Under the pieces are notes generated by a model that was not told the DNA's origin, did not search any database, and saw only the letters and a list, made by a program, of their open reading frames with translations. A stretch of 64,000 nucleotides of DNA, from assembly GCA_050084515.1 (NCBI GenBank), contig CM114271.1, positions 42,098,001-42,162,000 on the forward strand. The letters run 5' to 3'. A program made the translations under genes and the position numbers. Origin of the DNA: Blasia pusilla (taxonomy: Eukaryota). This document shows positions 28,501 to 38,880 of this stretch, in pieces (position 1 is the first letter of the stretch; each line of letters begins with the position of its first letter).

Positions 28501-30124
28501 ACACATCCTTATTCGTCCCAAATGCATCTTGGCACTAAAAGTTATGGCCATAAATACTGTCGGAAACTCTCAAACGTCAATGGCGTCCCAAATCCGGATT
28601 CCTTCCTTTGACAACCCACTTCCTAGACTTGACTCCTCTCAAGTCTTGGTCCGCGTTTGGTCCAGGTGTCTCAGTCGCGACCACAACATATGAAACGTGA
28701 AGCCTTGCTTGCGTCTCATCTCTTGTCTCTTATCCGAGACCACTCCAAAGCGCAAACCATCTTAGCGTGAGCCCGCTAGTGTTCCGATGTTACGCTTTGG
28801 CGCTCGTTTGGTAATGAGGGTCGCGACAAAACCTCTGCAATAGCCAAAGGGCACACACCTGAAGGAGACTTATCCATAGCCAACAAACGACAAGCCCCTA
28901 AGAGCCTAGAGATAGAGAATGGGAGACGACCTGTCGCCTTATGTGCACACACCTTATATAGAGACAAAGCCACTTGCTCAATTTGCTAGGATAAAGAAAT
29001 CGCGGAGATGCTCAGAAACCATCCCTGATAGCCTGCTTGCTGACAAGCGAGGAGTATGCAAAAAAGCCCTTGTGAAAACCTCCAAGTCAAGCTCCAAGTC
29101 AAGGTCCGTTGTATAGTCTTCCACAAAAGGTGGAGCATCGCCACTTGAAGGAGGATGAAGAGCTTCTAAGAGAGCCAATGTTTCCGCACTTGGAACCGTC
29201 GGAGAAAGAGGACCCAATGCTTGAGCTGCACGTGAAAACTCACCAACCTGCCCCAAAAGTAGACTTCGTCGAAGGCGTTATTGTATTGAAGGTCTCCCAC
29301 AATTGGCATGTTGAGTGGGATGAGCCGCAACTAAGGTCTTTGCTCGAAGTATATGCTCATTCTGAAGATTCTCCCAATCCCCAGACATAAAGCGTTGAAT
29401 ACGTGTGGAGGTTTCACGATGACCCGTTGCACCATCCCTTGGAGGGAGGACTAAAACCCATTGTGGGAAGAGTAATAGGAGATACCAAGCATTTATATGT
29501 GTGGGGTCACGCGCTAGCCTTTCTAATGGGAATAGCAAAGCTTGTTGGGTGATGGGGCGAAGAGCAATAGGAATGCGAGTGGAGAGTCTAGGATGAGGAA
29601 GACCTGGATGGAAAGAGCGAAGGAGATCAATTTGGCTTAACCAGGTCCAAGCAGTTGTTGTGGGGAGTGCAATAGGAGGTGGTATCGGGTTAGGGATTGA
29701 AGGCCCATGCATGGATCGACAATACCGCTGATGTCTTTTGATCCCATTAGGAGCAAACTCCTTACCACAAGGTATTCAACGAACCTTTGGTACAAATGGA
29801 GAAGTAGAAGGGTTACAAGGAGAGGAGGTAGGAGGTGCAAGAGGTGGTGATGGCCGACGATGAGGGGGTAAGTAGGTTGGGGAAGGAGGAGGAGGAAGAG
29901 GGAAGATTCGGGTAGAATAGATGGGAGTTGGAAGCAAGGGCATAGATGAGATATGTGGGGATGGCAAAGTAGAAGGATTCAGTAAAAATGGATCAAGATT
30001 AGGCTCAATAGGACGAGGCAAAGAAGAGAGAAGAGGAGAATCCAAAAGAAATGTAGTGAGTGTAATGGGTGTATTAGCACATGGAGGAAAATGGCGAGAT
30101 CTACGAAGAGGAGGTGAACCAAGG
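25555..30124 (-). mobile_element. CRE-clade-like non-LTR retrotransposon (RT plus C-terminal zinc knuckle and restriction-like endonuclease), frameshifted and interrupted by a solo LTR
   Basis: RT-related motifs RLLAMDKSPSGVCPLAIAEV|LYRLV, HQFGMATPGGCE, DVANAFNSVSH and GTRQGDP. C-terminal LRLRLGL, CGDPIDAKGIHILRCAHGGERTATH, RVDLV, DVAVADP, IKELSY and FIPFAVEVFG. (TAA/TAAA)n-like 3' tail near 25555-25570 on the minus strand. Confidence 0.85.
27827..28828 (-). mobile_element. Solo LTR (family A, 1002 bp) inserted in the CRE-like RT
   Basis: TGTCGTG...CGCGACA termini and a perfect 5-bp TSD AAACC (27822-27826 and 28829-28833). Removing it restores host AIAEV|LYRLV. Strand is inferred from the homologue at 12403. 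Confidence 0.9.
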
Positions 30125-30855
30125 TGTCGTGCGCCTACTCTCCTTGAACGTTAATCTTGTTGTTGCGGAAGCGCGCGTTCAGTGGGTCACGCTCTCAACA
30201 CGGATCTGCATCCAAACATGCACTCTGGTTAGTCGGATCTTGGATCAATCAGCGGGCTAACTTTCTGAGTTCTCGTCTCAATCTCTCATCAAGCTCAACC
30301 TTCCTAGTTTCGCGGTTTACAACACGGGCAAGTCTCAAAAGACTTGGGACAGACTTTCTGGTTGGTTCAGGAACCTCAAATGGCGTTTCGCGTCTGGCGA
30401 TTCCAACTGTCTGATGGACATCCAATGAGTCCCTAATCGAGACTTGCACAAAGTGACTAGTGGGTTGGAATCCAAGTGTGGCATACAAGGTCCACTTCCT
30501 TGGATCAGTTTTGGGTTTCGAGTTCGAACGCCAAACTCCCATTCCATCCCGTGCCTCTGATTGTGGGGATTTGTGTTCCAAGATATCTTGGAGAGACTCC
30601 TCCCTTACTAGTACTTTTGGGGATCTCCGGGGTCCCCCTACCTTTAGGGAAAGACACCTAGGCCTCTCCAATTGGCCCTCAGCCCGATTTCTCTCACAAT
30701 TGTTTTTGGGCAATATCTTAGTTTTTACATATGTGTTTGCTAAGATCTTTGATTCATTGGAAGCGTCTCAAGATAAGCTTTCCAACGCATCCTTATTTGT
30801 CCCAAACGCATCTTGGGACTAAACGTTATGGTCCAAAACATAGTCAAATTCCCCA
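30125..30855 (-). mobile_element. Truncated LTR of family A
   Basis: Begins TGTCGTGCGCCTACTCTCCTTGAACG as at 27827; similarity ends near 30850, where the palindrome-rich element begins. Confidence 0.85.
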
Positions 30856-31059
30856 AACACTGCATGATTTATTTGTTCTGCAATCCGTGGGACTCCAAAA
30901 AGTTGCACAATGAGGGGTAAAAAATCATTTGATGCCTTAAAGCAACTCATCGGAGTCCGACGAGTTGCTGGACTGTCCCTTATTTTTTGGATACTTTTGG
31001 CCAAAAGCAACCCGTCGGACTCCGACGGGTTGCATTTTCCCCCCATGGCAAGTGGTCGG

Positions 31060-33609
31060 AAGCAAACCTAGAAGGCTGCAGAAGCAAACCTAGAGGTTGC
31101 AGATTTTGAACTATGGCTTGATGACATCATAGATAAGCCGACAGAAAACCCAGGATTCAAGATGATGTTCAAGAATCACATCCTACCTCAGGCAAATCTG
31201 GACGAGGAAATAGACACGAGAAAAGAGGATTTTGCAAAGAAGAAGCAGGATCTTCAACAGTAGGCGGCCAAGCCATCTCGACAAAGAGTTGCCTAGTGGA
31301 TGGTGTACAAGTACCTCATCAATTGTGTGAATGCAAGTACCTGGCGCAAATTTTTGGTAGCCTACAAATTGTGGGCTTCTCCGCCTGATGGAGAGGGATT
31401 CTCCATCTACGACATGGAGATGGGATAGGGCATGTCTGACTAGGAGGTAATAAATTCTCCAATATGGTTGGACTTCAACAACCTTGAGGACATTACAGAA
31501 AAAAATCTAAGCCTGGTCTATGATGGAGTGGTCGCTGGTAGGGACGACATTCTGAACTTTGTGAAGCCTGATGAATTTTTCGAAGGAGATGTGGAGGCGC
31601 AAGACCTTGAGACAGCAGAGTTGGTGGCAACGACCGTCACTGCCAAAGACAAATCCACAAGGGGTTTGAAAAGCCAAGGCAAGGGGTTCAAAGAATTTAG
31701 GGCACACTCGAGAGAAGCGAAAGCGGGAGGCGCCTAGTTCATCCGAGGGAGGAGATAAGGATGTGGAATACACTCCATTATCCTCGGGCAAGCATAGGAA
31801 AACGACCACCAGGACAAATGTCCTTCTTCACTTGACTCATCTTGTCGATGAACTGCAGAGTTTCAATTCTCAAGAGTCGACACCTGCCATCGAGAAATTG
31901 ACCGTGCTAGGGTGAAAACTCCTTCGAAACAGGCACGCCCCCTGGACGATGCATGGGGCTGCTAAGGAGGTGACGGTGGACCTCCTCATTGCAGATTTTC
32001 GTTTTGGGTTTTGCTTGTGGGACAACAATCCATCTGACACTGTCCCAAACTGGAATGTCCCGCTTTCCTATGACCAGATCGCTCTGTTGTTTTCTTTTGC
32101 TAATGCATAGCTCAGTGATAGGGGTTGTTTCTTGGTCCTTACTGGAGGGAGTGAAGACGAGCCCTTCAACCTTCAGTGCGTGAAGAGGTCACTGAAGTGG
32201 AGGACGACGCAAATCGTGGGTCATAAAAAATGAATATCCACTCAGATCGGCGACAAATCAAGTTCGGGTAAGTTCACTTTTTGAACAAATTAAGATGGTT
32301 CAGAAACCCGTCGGATCCCAACAAGTTGCAAATTCAAGGTAGGAACCAGACAGGTTGCAAGTAGAATTCCTTTTGCACTTGTGTCTGCAGTGATGCAATC
32401 CGTCTGAAAGCGATGGGTTGTAAATTCACCAACATGTCTCCAATGATTGCAACCCGTTGGAACCCGACGGGTTGCAAGTAGCATTTCTTTTCCACTTGTT
32501 TTTGGAGTGATGCAACCTGTCTGAAAGTGACCGGTTGCTCTTATATTAGGAACTTCTCAACTATGAATAATTTGATTGAGTTGTAAGCCAACCGTTGGAC
32601 TCTGACAGGTTGCGGTTTTGTCCAGCAAAATGAGAAACCTCTCGGATTTTGATGGGTTGCTCATAGGCAAATAATCCTCTTAGAGTTGTAAAGCAACGCG
32701 TTGTTGTCGTGTCAAGCCTATAGGCCAAGTTCCGATGGGTTGGTAATCACTAGGGATTAGTAGGACGGGTTTGTCTACTATTTTGTAAGGCTCGAACACA
32801 ACTTCTAGGTGTTCCAAATCCCGGATCCAATGGATCCATGCTCCCATGGGTACAACTTAGATAGTCTCTACAATTCCCTCCCGGGAATTTTCATGCAAGA
32901 AGGGACCCCCTTACTTGGAGGAAGGGAGAAGTCACCTGCCTTGATGCAAATGCTCATGGAGCTCTGCTCGAGGCCGGGTGACTTGGTCTTTGACTTAGTG
33001 GGCCTATCAGGGGTGAGTATCAAAGGCGCCTAGCAAAGTGGCAGGAACATTCTCTGCCTTGAGGGAAGGTCAGAACTGTTTGACCTTTGCAAAGAGGTAA
33101 AGGTGGATAACGAGAGGCTAGTGGGAGTATACAACTCTCCTCCAAAGCCAACTGCTCTAGCTCTAGAGCCACCATTGATAGTGACACCATCGTCACTTCC
33201 TACGGTTCTGAAAATTGGGAGGGCAAAGTTGACACTAATTTTGGAAGAGCTCTTGGATGATGACGAGTGAGTTCAAAGATTTATCGGACCCAGCTTGACT
33301 AAAGCGTTTTGGAGCTGGGATTTAGTGGTTTCCAAGGGCGAAGCACATATTGATATTGGATGGGTGTCATCTTGCAAAGCATACAAGATTTATTGTCGAG
33401 GAAGGCGTTGGGACTCAAATCATGTTACATGGGACCGTTATGGTATACCTAAGGGGGGGCCAAGGCTCTCGAATTCCACAACATTTACAATCCCCGTCTA
33501 TAATCGGCTAGAGGAGCCACTTGTATCCCAACACATTCCTTTTGTCCAGGAACCTAAGAGAGTTGGGAGTAAATTTGTAGATGATGAGGCTGCAAAAATC
33601 ATAGACTAG
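31060..33609 (+). pseudogene. Decayed intron-containing gene, copy 1: unknown N-terminal domain plus beta-class N6A/N4C DNA methyltransferase-like domain
   Basis: VDLLIADFRFG (31976-32008, DPPY-like motif IV position) precedes GGREKSPALMQMLMELCSRPGDLVFDLVGLSGVSIKGA*QSGRNILCLE (motif X/I/II-like, about 32917-33063). GTAAGT donor at 32268. Several in-frame stops. Confidence 0.65.
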
Positions 33610-34589
33610 ATCAAATGTACATTTCCGAGCTTCCCTCGGATGTAATAAAGGACAAGAAGTTTTTGAACCATGATGGTTTTTGTAATTTTTTGCTGAATTG
33701 TTTTTTGTTCTTGTCGATTATGTTGGTCTATCTACTCGATGCTATTTATTTTGCAACCCGTTGGATTCCGACGGGTTGCAAACCAAGGAACCAGGGACTA
33801 TCGGATTATGATCAGGTTGCAAATTTGGGCTGTGATTTGCAACCATAAAAATTAGGGACCAATGAGCGAGTTTGGAATTTCTCGGATTTCAACAAGTTGT
33901 AGTTCGTGGATAAGGTTTGCAACCCGTAAAAAATTGACGGGTTGCAAATCAAGAACTAGGTTTGGAACATGTGGAATTCATAGAAGTTGCAAACAGATGA
34001 TTGCTTGCCATTGCAACTCGTTGGTTTTCGATGGGTTGTTTGTCTGTAGGTAGCGAGTGGAGTTGAAATTTTTTCTTCTCTAGGACATGTATGTAATGTT
34101 TTCCTAATTGATTTGAATGGTCTGTGATTTTTTTTCTGTGAACCCGTCTCACGTCGACAGGTTGGAAGCCAAAAATGGAACTTGGATAAGTACAGATGTA
34201 TGCAAAAATTCTTGTGTCTTGTGATATTTATAGACCCGATTGACGAAGTTACTACTGGGACTCTCTTGCAACCTTTTTTTAAACCCCATTTTCTGTCATC
34301 CATTCAGGCAACTTGTTTGATTCTGACAGATTGGCTCCTTGAGTGATTTCTTTTCCTGTTAGTCCAACTTTTCAGGCATTCTGGCAGGCTTCTTCACTTT
34401 CGCCTCGTTCCTCCATTATCTTCACACAATTCTTCTCTAACATGTTATTTTTGAGACGTGTTGGATTCCTACTACCTGTCGGATTCTCATGTCAGATTCC
34501 CAACCTGTCTTATTCTCATGGGTTGGAGGGCGGAATGGAATCACTTGTCAAGATCCATCTTCAAATGGATTTCTACTACCTGTCGGATT

Positions 34590-36404
34590 TTGTAATTTTG
34601 AGAGTTACACCTTTTGATTCAAGGAATGAGGACTCTATGAAGTAAAGGTTGTATATACATGACTGTTTTAGATATTATGTTTGTGTATTGGAAGAATGAG
34701 TAATATTGAAATGGATCACGAAGCTCGTAGGATAAGGCAGAGAGGTGGAAAATCAAGGATTTGCCTTAGAGGAGAGGGAAATGCGGTAACGAAGTCTAAA
34801 GACTCAGAGCGAAGCTTGGAAAAGACAACGAAGACATATTAAGAACTTGTTTATGAAGTTCTTTGCTCTTGAACGAAGCATGATGAAGAAGAAGAGGAAG
34901 AAGTACTTCGCTCTTCAGCGAAGAAGGACGAATGAAGCACTTGGAACAAGCACAAAGAATGCAGCGCTTTGTCTTCAGACAAAGAGGAAGAGCTTCGTCC
35001 TCAAGGGAAGAAGAAGAAGTTTAGACTTTGCAGCGAAGCGAAGATAAGACCCAACATGATTTCAAGCGGCACATCATATGAACAATTAGGCTAGGAAGAG
35101 GCGTGACTTTTTGAACCAGATAGGAATTTAGGACACTTATGCCCAGCGGATTCATAGCGATCATAGGAAAAGATAAGAGAACCGTAGATCAAGGTAGTTA
35201 CAAACTTTCAATATACACTAAGATTCCTAAGAGATGCTTTAGATCTTTGGACTTACTACTGTCTTGGAAGATATTTAAGAAGCATGAAAGTAGTTATCAT
35301 CATCATTCTTTCACGAAGTCCTTATGCTATATGTATGGTCCAAGCAAGGGAGTAGTACCCTCTCAAGCTTGTATACACTTTGAAGCTTACTGATTCTTGA
35401 TGGAGTAGTAAAGAACTCATTTCTTCATTCTGATGTGCGATGCATATGTCTGAGAATTCTTATTGGGTCTGTAGAGTGAAGAGTGGATCAGGAGAACACT
35501 TTCATCATTAGAATAATCAACATCGAGTTGTAAAAAATCTATTCGATAGAGAGTAGCATGCCTAGACGGATTGAGTTCCGAAAGTAGGAGAAGCCAACTT
35601 CTTGTTGAGGTCTCTGTGAGGTTCTTTGATGTTGAGTGATGGCGGGATGAATCGGTTGCTTGATCTTGAAGCTCCTACTTCTTTTTGGCAAAGTCATGTT
35701 TCCTCGGGTCGCCAATCTCCTTGTCGACATCCCCCTGCGGAAAAATATGGTTCTTGAACATTGTCTTGAACCCAAGGTTCTTTTCCGGCTTATCCCGGAT
35801 TTCATTTAACCACAACTCAAACTCCTCCGCCAATTCGAGGCTAGCCTCCTTGGGAACCGGCTGAATTCTCTGTAGGTCGGCTTGAAGGCATTCAATCATG
35901 GACTTTCCCAGCAAGCGCAAGGCATCCCAGAAGGACCACTCTCATAGCCAATGGGAGATGATTGGGTCCGACATCCCGGGGGATGGTGTGCCGATTATTT
36001 CTCTGCCTCTGTTCCCTCAAGACTGATCTTCATCAGTCGGATTTTCCCTCTTAGGGATGTCGTGCTTTTTTTCACCGCCTGGATTTTTGTATTGTAACAA
36101 CTACATCTTGGGAAATAAATGTGTTGGCCCAAGTCTTCTTCTTTATTTTTGCTCCTTTTGGGAGCATCTGTAATGTACAAGAAGTATAAAAATTGATCTT
36201 TTTACATTAATTTAATGAGTTCAATCCCCAAGAGGATCAGGATTATATGAAAAGAGAGTTCAAGATGGCATTTATCTTGCAATAGTTGTAGTTAAGTGTG
36301 TACAATTTGGATTCAATCACTTATCAGTGTATTCTTCTCTCTATTAGTACTAAGATTTCTTTCCTCGATTCTCTCTAGTGGAATTGAATCCACGCTCATG
36401 TAGA
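34590..36404 (+). mobile_element. LTR-like insertion related to family B, split by an inversion (parts at about 34590-35636 and inverted 36169-36404)
   Basis: Purine-rich LTR-like composition. TGTAATGTACAA at 36169 is the reverse complement of the TTGTACATTACA terminus of the family-B LTR at 47469. The left boundary is approximate. Confidence 0.5.
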
Positions 36405-38880
36405 TCAAGCTGCGTAGAGGATGGTGTTCAGATTCTTGAACATTTGTGTGAACGCAAGAACATGGAAGAAGTTTCCGGCGGCGCTCAAGCTATGGGCTGA
36501 TACTCTGGATGGCGAAGGATTCTCCATGTACGATGTGGACATAGCCCTCGAGATGAGCCCTTGGGAAGTGCTCAACTGTCCAATCTGGTTGGACTTCAAC
36601 GACCCCGATAAGCTCACTGACCCAGCAATGCGAGACTTGTACCATGCGCTAGCTATTGACAAGGAGGACATCCCAAACATCTTCAAGACCGAGGAATACT
36701 TTGAAGGAGATGCCGAGGCACAAGCGATTGAGGCGGCGGAGATTTTGTCAAAAACAGTCACGGAAAAAGACAAGTCAACTACGGGGTTGAAATCCAAGGT
36801 AAAGGCCCCCAAACCGTCCAAAGCAAGATCATCAAGATGAGAAGGACGGCTACGGGAGGCCCCCAAACCAAATCTTGTGGATTTCGATGTCATGTAGACC
36901 CCAACAAGCAAGCATCCCACTCACGAGAAGCGAAAGAGGGAGACACCTAGTTCCTCCGAGGGGGTGGGGGGGACAAGAATGTTGTCTATACTCCCTCATT
37001 GTTGGGGAAGCACAAGGATGGAGCATCAAAAATCACCATCCTGTTGCATCAGACATCGTTGGTGGAAGAATTGGAGAAGTTCTCAACACAAGAGTCCACG
37101 CTTGCCTTGGAGAAGCTGACATTGTTGGGACATAAGCTTCTCCAAAGCCGCCATGCCCCGTGGACTATCAATGGGGTACGTGAGGAGGTTGCAGTTGACC
37201 TTCTCATCGCTGATCTACCGTCGAGGCTCAGATTGTGGGCAGAAAATCCACGCGACAAAATCTTGGATTGGAACATTCCATTCACATATGACCAGATCGT
37301 GTTGATGTTCTGCTTTTCTAACGCGTATCTTAGTGACACGGGATGTTTCCTAGTTCTCACCGGAGGAAGCGAGGATGAGCTCTTCAACTTGCAGTGAATG
37401 AAGTGATCGTTCAAGTGGCAAACCATGGAGTCTTGGGTAGTGAAGAACGACTACCCACTAAGATCATCTTCAAACCAAACCTTGATAAGTTCGATAACTT
37501 AAACTTGCAAGTGTTTCTTTTCTTTCCTGCAACCCGTCGGACTCCGATGGATTGCAAAACCCAGCATAGAAAGGGAGTGTGTCTTGCAACCCGTCGGACT
37601 CCGAGGGGTTGCAAAACACACCCTAGAGAGGGAGTGGTCCTGCAACCCGTCGGACTCCAACGGGTTGCAGGACCCACCCTAACAGGCCTTGCTGCAACCC
37701 TTTGGAGGCCGACGGGTTGTAGCACCCAAAGTTTTACCCAAAGTGTTACCCATATGCAACCCGTTGGTCTCCAACGGTTGGAGCACCTACTCCACGGGTT
37801 CTTGGGTGTGTCGAGCAACCAATCAGATTCCGACGGATTGCATATGGGTAACACTTTGGGCATCCACAATTGGTGATCAAAGCGTCTGAATGCTCCGGGC
37901 CCCCTAAAAACAAATTGCCTCAATGACATCTTTCATTTGCAACGCGTCGGATTCTATCACGTTGCTCCTGGAAGACCTCTTCCTCCCATCGGTTCTATTT
38001 TACTTCATCCCATGGAAGTTTTATTTTACGGGTGTTTTTTGCAGATTGAATACTCCTACATGTATTGTTTTGTTAGATGTGAGCACAAGTTCGAGGTTTT
38101 TGAGGTACAGGATCCTGTTGATCCAGGTTCAGATGGATACACTCTGAACAACCTCTCATATTCACCCCCGAGAATTGTCGTCGAGGAAGGGGTGCATGTG
38201 CTTGGAGGGAGGGAAAAACCATCCGCACTCCTGCAAACCCTGATGGAGCTATGTTCAAGGCCAGGTGATTTGGTGCTCGTTTTGGTGGGTCTTTCTAGGG
38301 CAAGTGTTAGAGTTTCTTGGCAAAGTGGCCAAAACATTCTTGCCTTGAGTCTAGGAACACCTTTTTGTACTTTTCCAGGAGGCAAAGTCAGACTACAAGA
38401 GGGTGATTGGCGTTTACAAGTCGCCTGCACGGACAAAGGAACATGCGTTGGAGCTAATAGTTATGACTCCATCCTCACTACCGGTGATCCCAAAAATCGG
38501 TAGGGCGAGGCCAACGGTGATTCCAGAGGAGCTGTCGGATGATGACGAGTGAGTGTTGGTGGCTTGGATTTGAAGCGTTTTGGAGTTGAGATGTGTTGGT
38601 TCCCACGGAGGGAGGAAATATTGATTTCGATGGGTTTTCGTTTGCAGAAGCTTCAAAATCAACTATTGGGGCAGGCGTTGGGACTCATCTAGGATCACAT
38701 GGGACAGATACAGGGTTCCTTGGGGGACAAGGCTCTCGGATCCTCCTTCCTTCTCAATTCCAATCTACAGCCGTGTAGAGGAGCTTTTGACTAGTCTTGA
38801 GAAGTCTCTTGTAAAGGAACCGGCAAGACTTAGAAACATTTTTGTAGATGACGAGGGTGAAGAGATCAGAGACTTAGATT
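35637..38880 (+). pseudogene. Decayed methyltransferase-like gene, copy 2; its 5' part (about 35637-35990) is inverted onto the minus strand
   Basis: Protein-level paralogy to copy 1 throughout (FELWL..I.DKP..N.GFK.MFKNHI; CVNA.TW.KF; PIWLDFN; FEGD.EAQ). VDLLIADLPSRL at 37194-37229, EKPSALLQTLMELCSRPGDLVLVLVGLS at about 38213-38296, and acceptor TTTGCAG ending at 38044. Confidence 0.65.

Noticed and set aside
30249-30822. 154-aa and 120-aa ORFs
   Set aside because: They lie within LTR family A and are not preserved as open frames in the other copies.
37528-37842. Bona fide CRISPR array
   Set aside because: Eukaryotic intronic context, no cas genes, degenerate fully palindromic repeats, two related spacers, and the same motif scattered irregularly nearby. 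Kept as a palindrome array instead.
37394-37929. 160-172 aa ORFs on both strands with repeated ATRRTP/LQPVGLQRVA peptides
   Set aside because: These are translations of the palindromic repeat inside a predicted intron.
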